A stretch of DNA of 63,677 bases, filler included, from Octopus bimaculoides (GCF_001194135.2; 5 parts of 5 records of this genome joined end to end with filler, not necessarily neighbours in it), one strand, 5' to 3'. Shown: positions 12,083-25,713, counted from the whole stretch's first letter. The notes: generated from the letters alone by a model not told the origin. Numbers and translations are program-made.

Positions 12083-12277
12083 CGTGTGTATGTGTATATA
12101 TTTGTGTGTCTGTCTGTGCTTGTTCTCCACCATCGCTTGTTTACGTCCCTGTAACTTAGCGGTTCGGCAAAAGAGACCGATAGAATAAGTATCAGGCTTA
12201 CGAAGACTAAGTCCTGGGGTCGATTTGTTCAACTAAAGGCCGTCCTCCAGTCAAAGAACTGAAATAAAAGTAAAAGA
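11921..12277 (+). mobile_element. SINE family D with internal deletion and central (TA)n(TG)n
   Basis: Colinear with 31637-32070 except for a deletion after cgtggcatc. Confidence 0.8.
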
Positions 12278-12485
12278 ATGAATATAAAAATAAAAATCGA
12301 ATAAAATAAAAAATTTTTTAAATGTTCAAAAGCGAAAAGTCCTTGCTCTTCTCCTTTCCTATGAGAGAAGAACAGCTTTTCCGAAACTCTGCCCTGTATT
12401 CTACAAGCTAACTTAATAAGGAGATTTCACGTTTCGCCAATNNNNNNNNNNNNNNNNNNNNNNNNNNNNNNNNNNNNNNNNNNNN

Positions 12486-12497
12486 TTAATTAATTAA
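12486..12497. other. Assembly linker TTAATTAATTAA inside an N gap
   Basis: Identical 12-mer embedded in Ns at four places in the window. Confidence 0.9.
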
Positions 12498-12694
12498 NNN
12501 NNNNNNNNNNNNNNNNNNNNNNNNNNNNNNNNNNNNNNNNNGTGTGCGTTCGTGTGTGTTGTGTGTGTGCGTGTATTTATATATGTGTATGCAAGCAACA
12601 CACGAATCAGTTCATATTTCCGTATGCTTTTGCGTTATAGTTCATGTGTGTGCTTGTGTTGTGTGTGTGTGTATGTGTGTGTGTGTGTGCGCTC

Positions 12695-12737
<43 letters not shown>

Positions 12738-14341
12738 TGTGTGCGTGCGTGAGTGTGTATTGTCTATATTGGTATATATAAAATACACATTGTCACTGCG
12801 GGTGTGTCCATACTTAGAAAATCACTTATCCATGCATGTATATATGGTCACACACACACATATGTATGTGTATATGAATATTTGTAAATATACACACTTA
12901 TAAACACGATGCTCGACATCTCGGGAGGAATATAACACATTTTGAATGAATTCACTTATTTCATACTTTTCCTGCTTCGCTTGTTTGATAAAATCCTCTA
13001 CCCAGCGTCATTATCACCACCATACTCTCCCCCACAATTTTCTAACACAAACTACATTCGCTAAACAATTTCTCATTCTTCGATTAGTTTTTATTCAATT
13101 GTCGTCGTTTTTCATGCATTTTAATGCTTTTTTTTTTATCTGTCTTTCCAAGGAGAGTTTCAAATTGTTTTAATCTTTTTTATCCCTAATATTTTCTGTT
13201 AGTTTTTTTTTTATTAACTCTGTGTTTTTCTTCTCCCCTCCCTTTTTTGATTTCTTTCAAGGTAATCGAACGTCCATTAGGATATTAACGTTTGGCCCAT
13301 CAGACCATTATGTTTCTCGAGCAGGATGAAGTGATTTCGTTTATTTTTGAAAACCTGCATTCTAAGATGGATATATACCGACTACAATCTGATTGAAACG
13401 AGAAGTAAAGAAAAAAATTATACAAAGAATACATTAAAGGGGGAAGAGCAATATAGTAAAGAACAAAAATACAGTAGAAAAAGTTTACAAAATTATCCTC
13501 ATTGAAAAGGGAAAGACAAATAGCTAAGTGCGAAGAAGAAAAAAAAACGGCAGCGAACGTTTGAGTAATGAAGGTCTTATAGTACAGAAAGTTAATAGAT
13601 GGCACTGTCAGTTTATATATGAATTCATAATGGTTAGGAATATGTTGCAGAAAGAATGCTTTCAGTAGACAACAAACCTTACGTTTAGAAGCTACTGCAA
13701 ATGTATACAAACAACCCATGATGCGAATACAATATNNNNNNNNNNNNNNNNNNNNNNNNNNNNNNNNNNNNNNNNNNNNNNNNNNNNNNNNNNNNNNNNN
13801 NNNNNNNNNNNNNNNNNNNNNNNNNNNNNNNNNNNNNNNNNNNNNNNNNNNNNNNNNNNNNNNNNNNNNNNNNNNNNNNNNNNNNNNNNNNNNNNNNNNN
13901 NNNNNNNNNNNNNNNNNNNNNNNNNNNNNNNNNNNNNNNNNNNNNNNNNNNNNNNNNNNNNNNNNNNNNNNNNNNNNNNNNNNNNNNNNNNNNNNNNNNN
14001 NNNNNNNNNNNNNNNNNNNNNNNNNNNNNNNNNNNNNNNNNNNNNNNNNNNNNNNNNNNNNNNNNNNNNNNNNNNNNNNNNNNNNNNNNNNNNNNNNNNN
14101 NNNNNNNNNNNNNNNNNNNNNNNNNNNNNNNNNNNNNNNNNNNNNNNNNNNNNNNNNNNNNNNNNNNNNNNNNNNNNNNNNNNNNNNNNNNNNNNNNNNN
14201 NNNNNNNNNNNNNNNNNNNNNNNNNNNNNNNNNNNNNNNNNNNNNNNNNNNNNNNNNNNNNNNNNNNNNNNNNNNNNNNNNNNNNNNNNNNNNNNNNNNN
14301 NNNNNNNNNNNNNNNNNNNNNNNNNNNNNNNNNNNNNNTAC

Positions 14342-14427
<86 letters not shown>

Positions 14428-14439
14428 AAGGCCTAATTG

Positions 14440-14800
14440 AACAAATCAATCCTAGTGCTTAATTTTTGACAGCCTGGTATTTATTCTACCGGTCTCTCTT
14501 GCCGAACCTCTAGCTTACGGGGCCGTGCATAAACCTATATTTGTTGTCAAGCGGTGATGGAGGACAAAGACAAAGACACACACACACACACACACACGCA
14601 CACACAGTAACACAAACACACACACACACACTCATTCACACAGAGATACGGTAGGCTTCTTTCAGTTTCCGTCTACCATGTCTATTCACAATGTTTTGGT
14701 CCACCCGGGGTTTTAGTTGGAGACACTTACCCAATACGTCATGCAGTTGGACTAAACCCAAAATCATGCGTTTGTATAGGAAGCTTCTTACCACAGCCAG
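14440..14800 (-). mobile_element. SINE family D, diverged, internal (CA)n
   Basis: Reverse-complement similarity to family D. Confidence 0.7.
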
Positions 14801-16390
14801 GCCTTGCAAAGTACTTACTTGTATATTCACTGTAACGAAAAGCAGTGCTTGAATACCCTCCAAAAAGCTAAAGTTGAAATCACGGTAGCTCCTACATATG
14901 TGTGCGTGAGTGTATATTACGCGTGTACGCACAAACACACACTCAGCACACGCATTCACATACACGTGTATACATACATATACATGCAAAAATGCATACA
15001 TATGAGTATCTTTGTGTAGTGAATCTGTTAATTCATTTATTCATGTTAGTAATATTGGCTCTGTTATGCAAATTAGGCATACCAATTGAGCTATATCTAA
15101 GTTTGTGCGTACTATACATAACTATAAGCTAATATTCTCTCCCTGACAGGAATAAATAATGAGTCGCTGATGAGACATTAATTAACAATGAAACTGGTCG
15201 AATGGAAGAAAAATCTGTGTTTTAACTACGATATCTACTTTTCACCGCTAAGCAAGAGTTGTTTACTTCTAATAAACATTTCTGTCATGAGCACAAGACC
15301 AGAAATTTGGGGTTGGATTAGTCAATTAAAGTATACTAGTTCATGTATAGTATATTATTATATCGTTTCCAGAATAGTAAAAAGCAGGATTTGCATTAAG
15401 AACTTAAAGAGCAGGAAGGAATATCTCAAGGATTTCTTCTTTTTTCCCTTTTTTTCTTTCTTTCATTTTTTTTTTTTTTTTTTTTGCCTAACACTAACGA
15501 TTCTACCACCCTGCTGCCTTAAATAATTCCTAACATAGGCCTAACGCTATATATTTAGTAGAGATGTTAAGTTGATCGTATTAAACCAAATTTGGCGAGT
15601 ATTTTATTTTATCGCACCCGCAAAGTTGATCTCGACGGGATTTGAACTTCGAACTGTAATTAAATCCCGCAAAATAATTAGCCTGGTGCTCTGACAACTC
15701 TGTCAGTTCACCGTTCTCATGTTTACTAATAATATTTTCACCACAAACATGCACCGCGCGCGCACACGCACACACACACATTTACACTGAGTTCTAGACA
15801 ATACTTTTAAGAGGCTCTCGTGTCAATGTTACTTCAAAGCATACGCAAACATAAACGTTAATTAATTTGTTTTGTGATGTGTTATTTAGTTGTAAAACTT
15901 GCACCAATGTCTGAGAAATTGTAGAAATCAAGGTTTTACGAGACTTCACGTAGCTTGGAAAAGTGATTATCAGATTGTGAAATATAAAATTTGATAACTA
16001 GAATGATCTATCGTAACAACGATGTAGCACTAACAAATTGATGTGAGAAAAACCTGGCTACTGTTTCTTTCGTATCGAGTCACCATTTAAAGGCTCTCAA
16101 ATTGATTTGAAGTGGCCGTTGTCTTTGTATTTTGTGTAAAATACTTCATTCTACATGAATTCAGTTCAGTATGTTCTTAGGTAGGTTAACTACCAATGCA
16201 TCTGTTACCGACAATTAACTAGTGTTCAGTCTAATGAGAATTGCATCTGTTATCTATTGGCCGTCCATAACACGGGAGTTAAACATCAATACAAGGTTTA
16301 AGAGATATTTATTTTATGTTTCATCTGGATCTAATTTATTCGTTTACCCATATCTAGTAAAAATGTGTTGATCACACCTATACTAGCTAA

Positions 16391-16706
16391 CTGACACTCC
16401 GTCGGTTACGATGACGAGGGTTCCAGTTGATCCGATTTACGGAATAGCCTGCTCGTGGAATTAACATGCAAGTGGCTGAGCACTCCACAGATATGCGTAC
16501 CTTTAACATAGATTTCAGAGGGATTCATGATGTGACAAAGCTGGCTATTTGAATTACAGGTACACCTTTTTGCCAGCTGAGTAGACTGGAGCAACGCGAA
16601 ATAAAGTGTCTTTCCCAAGGACACAACACGACGCCAAAAATCGATCACCAAGAATGGAACACACGATCTTACGATCATGAACCGAATACCCTAACCACTA
16701 CACCAC
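16391..16706 (-). mobile_element. SINE with head2, CORE-like centre and tail X
   Basis: 16391-16560 is the family A 3' half; 16570-16706 is the head and centre of the 3026-3252 family. Confidence 0.8.
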
Positions 16707-17275
16707 ATGATCAACTATACATAGAATAAATATTTTGTACAATGTGGTCACACATGATTTCTTAACATCACATCGGAAACGAAACAATGTTAACAAAAAC
16801 ACGAACGTGGGCAGCAGATTTTTAAGTTATAACAAACAATACCAGTAGATTATCGTTTTCTCTCATACATCACCAAGCAAAACTGTAGAGGCAGTTTGAA
16901 TGAAGTGGAAATGATTCGTGTAGAGTCCGTTCCAGACTACTGGCCATACACAGTTCTTCCAACAGGGTTAACGAACCGGGACTGTATTTCTATGAGTTAC
17001 GTTTAAAGATGCACTGCACCTACACACACGGGCGCACGCACGCACGCACGCACACATACATACATAAGCATGCACACATGTATGCATGCTCATATGTACA
17101 CATGCACATATATATACGTACATATATACATACGTACATATATGCATACGTATATACATACATCTTTATATATACATAAGCCTGCACACATAAATACGTT
17201 CATACACACACCCTTGTTTCTGGGTTAAAAACAGACTCTATCTCAATTGGTGAGAAATTCGGAAAGCAAAACCGG

Positions 17276-17322
<47 letters not shown>

Positions 17323-17334
17323 NNNNNNNNNNCA

Positions 17335-17370
<36 letters not shown>

Positions 17371-17668
17371 CATACATACACTGACATACCTTTGTACATA
17401 TGAACATTGAAAAACGAGTACATCAACTTACTAGCAACAGCACAAAACCTCACTTAAATAAGATCCAACCATATTTTTAAAAGTGTACTCAATGGCGTAA
17501 TGTAGTCCAAGACACACTAATACGGGATAGTCACGGGAGAAATATTTTATATAAAAGCTTCGAGGCGACATTCCAGTATGGTCGCATTCCTTAAACTGAT
17601 ATAAGTAAATAATAATGGTAAAGGGTACATAACTTGTGAAGTTTAACTACATACAAGAGGATACATAG

Positions 17669-17802
17669 GAATCTTTTCTACTCTAGGCACAAAGTCCGAA
17701 AGTTTTTGGGGAGGGGGCCAGTCGATTGGATCGACCCCAGTACGCAACTGGTACTTAATTTATCGACCCCGAAAGGATGAATGGCAAAGTCGACCTCGGC
17801 GG
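17669..17802 (-). mobile_element. SINE family C (3' part)
   Basis: actggtacttaatttatcgaccccgaaaggatgaatggcaaagtcgacctcggcgg. Confidence 0.8.
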
Positions 17803-18142
17803 GACGATATATAGGAATAAGAATCCTAACAGTGCAAATAGATATTTAAGTATTGAGAATGAACAATGACATACTCCGGGCTATCAGGAATGTAATCTAT
17901 AATATTTAAGCATTTGTAACCCTTAACTAATGTAATTGCCTTCCCAAAAGAGGTAGGAAACGCAACTAAGGTGTATCATGAGAGCTTTAAAGGTTATTTA
18001 AATGCACCTCTTTCTTCTTTTCTCCCTCTCTACACACACATACACACTTTTATCTGTCTGTCTGTATGTCTCTCTCTCTCTCTATCTATCTATCTATACA
18101 TATATCTAACTGTCTGACTATATCTATCTATCTACCTATCTA

Positions 18143-18177
<35 letters not shown>

Positions 18178-18497
18178 NNNNNNNNNNNNNNNNNNNNNNN
18201 NNNNNNNNNNNNNNNNNNNNNNNNNNNNNNNNNNNNNNNNNNNNNNNNNNNNNNNNNNNNNNNNNNNNNNNNNNNNNNNNNNNNNNNNNNNNNNNNNNNN
18301 NNNNNNNNNNNNNNNNNNNNNNNNNNNNNNNNNNNNNNNNNNNNNNNNNNNNNNNNNNNNNNNNNNNNNNNNNNNNNNNNNNNNNNNNNNNNNNNNNNNN
18401 NNNNNNNNNNNNNNNNNNNNNNNNNNNNNNNNNNNNNNNNNNNNNNNNNNNNNNNNNNNNNNNNNNNNNNNNNNNNNNNNNNNNNNNNNNNNNNNNN

Positions 18498-18553
<56 letters not shown>

Positions 18554-19214
18554 AATTTAGTTAGAAACCTTGTAGAGTACTGCGTAAAGCTCGTCCACAG
18601 TTATTATCCTCGTGATGTCATCATATTGTAGAAATTCACATACTACTGGGTATATTTCAAGAGTTTCATAGCGTCCCTCTACTTTTTACACGAAAACGAT
18701 TATGATTCTTTTTCTTTCTAATTTCATCTACTAGTCTATCTAATTCTTTCTTTCTCGTACTCCTAATTGGAATTTCACAGGCAAATGAACCGCCTTTGAT
18801 ACTTTTTTTAGTATATATATCTATTTATTTATATCTTTATTTGGATTTCATGTTTATTTTATCTGTTCGTCTTTTATTTATCTATGTATTTTTAATTTTT
18901 GGCTGTAAGTGTATCTTGCCTTTCAGTTTCTTCTCAGAACTGCTAGAATGAAACACGAACCAAACTGTACGCTGTTATAAGGCGAAGTGAAATGGTGAGA
19001 AGATAGCGCTAGGAAGTTGTTTTAAAATAGTTAACGGAGGAGGCGCATTCTCAGCTTCTGATGCAAGACAATTGATTGCACAGTATCTCACCTATAAGCT
19101 AAAGAATTGTAGTGGTTTTAAATAAACAATCTCGTGTTCAATTTTCTGTTTCTGATCTATACATGCATACACACATACATACATACATACATACATAAAT
19201 ACATACACACATAT

Positions 19215-19267
<53 letters not shown>

Positions 19268-19680
19268 TATANNNNNNNNNNNNNNNNNNNNNNNNNNNNN
19301 NNNNNNNNNNNNNNNNNNNNNNNNNNNNNNNNNNNNNNNNNNNNNNNNNNNNNNNNNNNNNNNNNNNNNNNNNNNNNNNNNNNNNNNNNNNNNNNNNNNN
19401 NNNNNNNNNNNNNNNNNNNNNNNNNNNNNNNNNNNNNNNNNNNNNNNNNNNNNNNNNNNNNNNNNNNNNNNNNNNNNNNNNNNNNNNNNNNNNNNNNNNN
19501 NNNNNNNNNNNNNNNNNNNNNNNNNNNNNNNNNNNNNNNNNNNNNNNNNNNNNNNNNNNNNNNNNNNNNNNNNNNNNNNNNNNNNNNNNNNNNNNNNNNN
19601 NNNNNNNNNNNTTATATATATATATATACACGCGCATACACACACACACATATATACACTATATACACACACACACACAC

Positions 19681-19715
<35 letters not shown>

Positions 19716-19751
19716 TATACACTATATACATACATATAAATATATACCATC

Positions 19752-21100
19752 GATATAGTCTTCTCTCTTCCACAGCTACAGGAGAAGTGCTGAGAGCAAA
19801 GACAACTACCCTTCATCACCATCATCGACCTCACAATGGCTTTTAACTTAATTAGTAGAGATGGCCTGTTCAAAATCATTGCAAAGAGTGGCTGTCCTCC
19901 AAGACTCCTCAGGATTATCCGATCGTTTCACGCGGATATGGAAGTCGTCGTTCAGCTTGATGGCTCTTCTTCGGAGGCATTCAACATATATTGCGGCGTG
20001 AAGCAGGGCTGTGTGCTTGCCTCCACCCTATTTGGCATCTTCTTTGCTGTTATACTGAAACCTGCATTTGGAACATCAACTGATGGTGTCTACTTTCACA
20101 CCAGATCAGACTGTTTAGCCTGTCGAGGCTGAAAGCAAAATCCAGTGTTCGTCAGGTACTCATCAGAGAAATGCTGATCGCGGACAAATCAGCAATGACA
20201 GTGCACTCTGAGCAGCAAATGCAGTAACTCATAGACAAACTCCCAAAAGTCTTTCAGGAATTCAGCCTGACTATCAGTTTGAAGAAGGCCAACGTACTGG
20301 GCCAAGGTACCAAGTACCCCTCTCATACCATCATCATCAACAACTACAGACTGCAGGTAGACCACGAATTCACCAACCGCAGCTTTACCATCACTGATGA
20401 CCTCCCTCTGGACCCTGATTCCAGTAGGCGAATTCCACGAGCATCCTTCACATATGCTAGGCTCACAAAGACAGTCTGAGAAAACAGAAAACTGGCTCCA
20501 GACACCAAGATTACTGTCTATAAGGCGTACGTCTTCAATACACTACTTTATGGCGGTGAGACATAAAACCTCTACTCCAGACAGGAGCGGTGTCTCAACG
20601 CCTTCCACCTTCGTGTCTTGAGAGTCATCTTGGATATCAAGTGGACAGAACGCTTCATCAACACCGAAGTCCACAACTGCGCCAAGATATCTAGTATGTT
20701 CACCCTGCTCCAGCAGCACCGTCTGCGCTAGCTTGGTCATGTACATCGCGTGTTGGACGGAAGGATACCTAAAGACCTCCTGTATGGGGAGTTGGCTACC
20801 GGCACAAGTGTATGGGAACGACCTCATCTTCGTTTCAAGAACGTATGCAACAGAGATATGAAATCAATAGATTTCTGAACGTCCTGAGCCGGGAGGAGGT
20901 CGCAAATGATCACCAACGCTGGAGACAAATACTGCGAAAGGGGATGAAGCGCTCCTTCAAATGCAGTCGCTGTATGAGTGACTGCTACTACCGTGTGGGC
21001 CCCTACAGCCACAGCAGACGCTGCAGCACTAGCAGCAGCAGCTGACACAATTTCTTCGGGCGCAGATCCATGGTTTCTCGAGACCGACGGATGCCTATTA
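19752..21100 (+). mobile_element. 5'-truncated, decayed RTE-clade (BovB-like) LINE
   Basis: Translation DIVFSLPQLQEKC*EQ...IIDLTMAFNLISRDGLFKIIAKSGCPPRLLRIIRSFH...GVKQGCVLASTLFGIFF, degenerate FADD (MLIADKSA), LLYGGET, R*LGHVHRVLDGRIPKDLLYGEL, C-terminal Cys/His remnant and a short-repeat tail. Multiple stops and frameshifts. Confidence 0.92.
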
Positions 21101-21906
21101 CATTACACACACACACAAAGAAACATGTATGTATGTACGTATATTTTGAGCCACAATCTGTTAGGATTCACCATTTATCTGTACCTGTGTGCGCAGCCTT
21201 CGGCAACATTTTGGCTCATGCATACAGCTATGGCTGTTCTTCAAAGAAAAGCCAACCTCGAACGGGATGGTACGTGTGTCATCGCAGGCGTTGCTATCAA
21301 TACACAAAAAGCCGAAACAGATACTGCAAGTAATCCAATCCGACTGCTCTAACAAATTTACCAATTCATTCTACACCCACCTCCTGAATTAATAAACTTT
21401 TTTTATCGACCATGGCAAGATGAAAGCAAATTTTACATTCGGCGGTATTTGAACCAGGAGCTCAGAAAGTCAAAACAAATATCGCAATGCGTGTATGTGC
21501 ATTTGTAAACGAATCATTGATAAATATAAACAGAGAATATAACATTACTTAAAAACTTACATTAAATATTCATAGGATTAATTGGTATTTAATGTTAGTT
21601 TAATTAACTGTTAAGTAACAGAATCAATGTGACGCTGAGTAAAATACTCTTTAATTACGATTATTTATAATTGAGTTCTAAGCGCTCATAAGTCAACTAA
21701 TCTTTCATTCATCCTTCAGGCTTTGACAAAACTAAAGTAACGGCCCGGAACAGGGATCGATGTCAATGGACTATAAACTCCTGAATACTTGAAGCCATCT
21801 ATTAATGCAAATCCATAGGAATCGATACTAAATACATTTAGGGGTCATTTATAATCATATAATCTATGTGGTGGTTAGTCATAATTATTAATATTTAGCT
21901 CCATGA

Positions 21907-22114
21907 GGGTGGCGAGCTGGCAGAGTTGTTACTGCGCCCGACAAAATGCTTAACGGCATTCTTTACGTCGTGAGTTCAAATTCCACCGAGGTCGACTTTG
22001 CCTTTCATTCTTTCGGAGTCGATAAAATAAGTACAAGTAAAGCATTGAGGTCGATGTAATAGACTAACCCACCACCGGAGAAAATGCTAACCTTGTGCCA
22101 AAACTTGAAACCAA
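21907..22114 (+). mobile_element. SINE family C, near full length
   Basis: ggtggcgagctggcag (A-box-like) ... gagttcaaattcc (B-box-like) ... gtcgactttgcctttcatt ... aaacttgaaacc. Confidence 0.85.
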
Positions 22115-22336
22115 TATTTAACCTCGGGTTAACTGTGGGCTTTCTTTCTCTTCTCCTTCACTGTCACCCTCTCTCTCTCTGTATATGTGTTTGTGTGCGT
22201 GACTTTGCGAATTGGTAAGTGTGTATGAAAGAGAGAGCGAGGACTTTTTGCCGCATTTGTTTGTGTATGTATATGCGTTTGCATGTATGTATGTTTAAAA
22301 GTCTCTGTCTGACAGGAGAGACGTGGTAAGGGATAG

Positions 22337-22375
<39 letters not shown>

Positions 22376-23136
22376 CGAGAATCGTAAGCAATGCATGTAT
22401 TGTACATAATCCATATCATTGTGCATTTCTCTGCTATCTAACCTGACAGCAAAAGTTCATAGGTGCAATATGTTTGTCTCATCCTACCATGTTCACCGTG
22501 TTACAACATAAAACTAATTCCTAGAACGTTACTGCTTGTGACCACGGAATGGATATTTGACTTTATGAATTTCAATTCCGTAGTCAATGAATATGTTATT
22601 TCCTCTTTGAATTTATGAATGAAAATATCATAATGCTGTTTGATCGTGACTAATTTTACACTATATTTCTGCTACATTTTTTTCAAAAGAAGAAAAAAAG
22701 AAGAGAGAAAGCCTAACAAAAAATGAATTTTCTTTATCAGTGTTTATTTATATTGTTTCGTTTTTATTCTGTATTTTTAATCCGCATTTTCAAGCATAAT
22801 TCATCAATTTTAATAAAAAATGAATTATATCAGTTTTTAAGCAGAATGAATTTAAGGATTAGGAGTATCACAGCTATCACTTAGAGAGCAGCCACAGAAA
22901 AGGAATGTTTTCACAAGATTATTGATCTGAAATTAAAGAGGTTTTCTATGATGAAGTCTTTTTTTCTCAGTGCCTAAAATTGATGAGGCCGAGAGAAAAC
23001 TCTTAACCTTTCTCTGCTTTTTTTTTTTTTTAATATAAATTCATGAAATTGAAATTCAAAAGCTGCTTTTACTTATGAACACCAACGCACATAGAGGCCA
23101 ACGTAATCCTCTTTCTGCTTGGAATCATTATTGAAT

Positions 23137-23240
23137 ATGCAAATTGTTCTGATTGTTTGGCACATAAAACAATGGAAAAAAAAACAATGGAATAAAAAAA
23201 AAGCTTATAAATACCTCCTCACTCCACTCACCTCATTTAG
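23137..23240 (+). promoter_or_regulatory. Candidate Pol II promoter: octamer, 4 SOX-type sites, TATA and Inr
   Basis: ATGCAAAT 23137-23144; ATTGTT twice; AACAATGG at 23168 and 23183; TATAAATA 23206-23213; TCATTT with its A at 23235, 29 nt from the TATA start. Motif-only evidence. Confidence 0.4.
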
Positions 23241-24489
23241 AAGGGAAGTTAAAATTAAAAAAAGTAACAGATAACTTAAGAAAGACAGAAAGAAAGAAAG
23301 AAAGAAAGAAAAGCTTCTCTTCTGAAATAAAATTCTACAAATAAAAGAGATATAGGAGTGGGGCGGCATATGTCTCTTCTATCAGTTGATCAGTCTCGCC
23401 TTCTAAGTGTGTTACAGAAAGTATAGAGATGTATCATCCCATTTCTCTATCTTTCTCCATCTATCTTTCTCCTCTCTCTCCTTCTGATGCTTTCTCTTTT
23501 CCTCTCCCTCTCTCTCCCTGTCCTTGTCTCTTTCTATCAGGAAAGTTAATGATTGCTGAATCCAACAGATGGCGCCGTGAGTATTCGGCTAATATCTCTG
23601 AATACAGTTAACAGAGCTGTGTAAGCAGCCAGTTTTTCAAAACTCAATACAGTTCTTTTTCATCTATCCCTTCCTGCTGACTCAATCGACCATTCTTTTT
23701 CCCTACCTTCATTTCTGTCTGCTCCCACACTAGAACTTTATCCTGTTACCCATTTCATTAGAATCCTTCCCTACCTCAACCCCCATTGCTACCGTGACTA
23801 GTATAAAAGATTACTGAATTGAAGTCAAACAAGACGATTCAGTGAGAGTCGCAATAAATACTATGAAAGTTAACAGCAGTCGTGCAACCCATATGGTGTC
23901 GCATAGAATAATCTTTTATACGATATAGTAATTGTGGTCTCCAGGAAAACAAGCATGCAAATAAGTCTATTGTTTAAAGTGGAGTAATCAAGAAAATATG
24001 TCTGTTAAAAAACAGAAAGCATCAATTGTAATATGAAGAAAAAAGACTAATTAACGATTTTTAGAGTAAAACAATTACACAAAATATTTTTGTTTAAGGC
24101 CTATACAAAGACTTTCAGTGTCATAGCAAATTCATGAACATAATTTAGAAAGATCAATAATAACAAAAAACTATGAAAACAATTGAACTTCAAAAAATAA
24201 ATGACCGGAAAACTAACGAAACATTAATTATTTATTGATTTTTAAAAGGAATAAACTGGTCTATAATCATTGTTTCTGATTTAAGCACAAGACCAACGAT
24301 TTTGTGAGTATGATAGTTTCCCAGATATAATTCACCTTAGTAATTGGCTGGTACTTTATTTTATCGACCATAAAAGGATAAAAGGTAAAGTTGACTGCGC
24401 AAGGATTTGAAATCAAGATGCAAAGAGCCAGCCGAAATTCTCCCAGGCTTAGTATAATCGATAATTGGTGAATAACAAAATCAGCAACA

Positions 24490-24717
24490 ATAATTATGAT
24501 TTCAAATTCTGACGTAAGGCCAGCAATTTCGGCAGAGGAGGTAAGTCGATTACAACGACTCCAGTATTTCACTGGTAATTATTTTATCGACCCGGAGAAG
24601 ATGAAATGAAAAACAAAGACGACCTCAGCAGGATTTGAACTCAGAATGTAAGGACGGGCGAAATACTGCTAAGCATTTCGTCCAGCGCGCTAACGAATCT
24701 GCCAGCTCGCCGCCTTC
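24490..24717 (-). mobile_element. SINE family C, full length
   Basis: Reverse complement of the 21907-22114 type; ends ...gccagctcgccgcc. Confidence 0.8.
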
Positions 24718-24719
24718 TA

Positions 24720-24784
24720 TAATACTACTACGACTACTACAACAACAACTACTACTACTACTACTAATAACAATAATAATAATA

Positions 24785-24849
<65 letters not shown>

Positions 24850-24862
24850 ATCAACAATAACA
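24720..24862. repeat. Compound (CTA)n-(ACA)n-(TAA)n-(TGA)n tract
   Basis: Seen directly. Confidence 0.9.
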
Positions 24863-25713
24863 ATAAAAATTTCAAGGTTAATAAAATAAGTACCAGATGA
24901 GCGTTGGTGTCGATGTAACTGACTAAACCCTTTACCTAAAAATTTGTTGGCTTTGTGCCAAAAAATTTGAAATTATCATAACAGCTGATTACGTTCTGAG
25001 CTCAAAACTACCGTTGAGATCGATTTATTTTCTTGTCTCTATAAGTCTAGATTCATATAATTCTTACGATATATATATATAATGTTTGATACCACCACAA
25101 CGTGGCTGTTCTGCATAGAACAATGTTACTACTGTTTTTAGAACTAGCAACTTTGCTTATATTCTTATATATATATATATATATATTTATATATGCGCGC
25201 ACGCGTATGAATGTGTGTGTGTGTGTATGTGTGTGTGTGTGTGTGTGTGTGTATCACTAGGAATAAAAGAAAGATTAGAAGATAAGAGGAGACAAGGAAA
25301 TATAATACATATGAAATAAGATAAGTAAAGTAGTTTGTGGAAGAAACGCAGAAAAATTGAAGAAAGCAACAATGAGAATGTATATAGTAAATACAACAAA
25401 CAAATGTTTCAGGTTATATCCTTATCAAATAAAGATAAAAATAGCAAGAGCACTCAGTGAGCGCAAACCTCCGCTGAGGCAACACCAACGTCCTGATTTT
25501 CTATTACCCACAAGAGGCCAAACATAGATGAACATTACAAAACAATACAGGACATATAATTGTGGAAATAAAAATACAGAAAAAAATCGAGTGAAGAAGA
25601 AAAAATAAAAAGAACGAATGAAAATATGAAAATGATAAAATGAGGCGCAATGTCCACTCGACCCCGCGAAGTCGAGTGGTTACATTTAGACATTATTTTG
25701 AACAGTTTAAATC

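Noticed and set aside
13225-13266. Polypyrimidine-AAG|GTAAT recursive splice site candidate
   Set aside because: No host gene is established and the motif is common in this composition.
13300-13735. ~145-codon hydrophobic minus-strand ORF with a GPCR-like NFFLY
   Set aside because: The strand is T-rich, so long stop-free F/L/I/Y frames are expected by chance; no other GPCR motifs, and its 5' end is in a gap.
15161-15205. CTGATGA...GAAAC-TG-GTC hammerhead-like pattern
   Set aside because: Stem II does not pair at its base and no stem I can form across the GTC site; likely chance.
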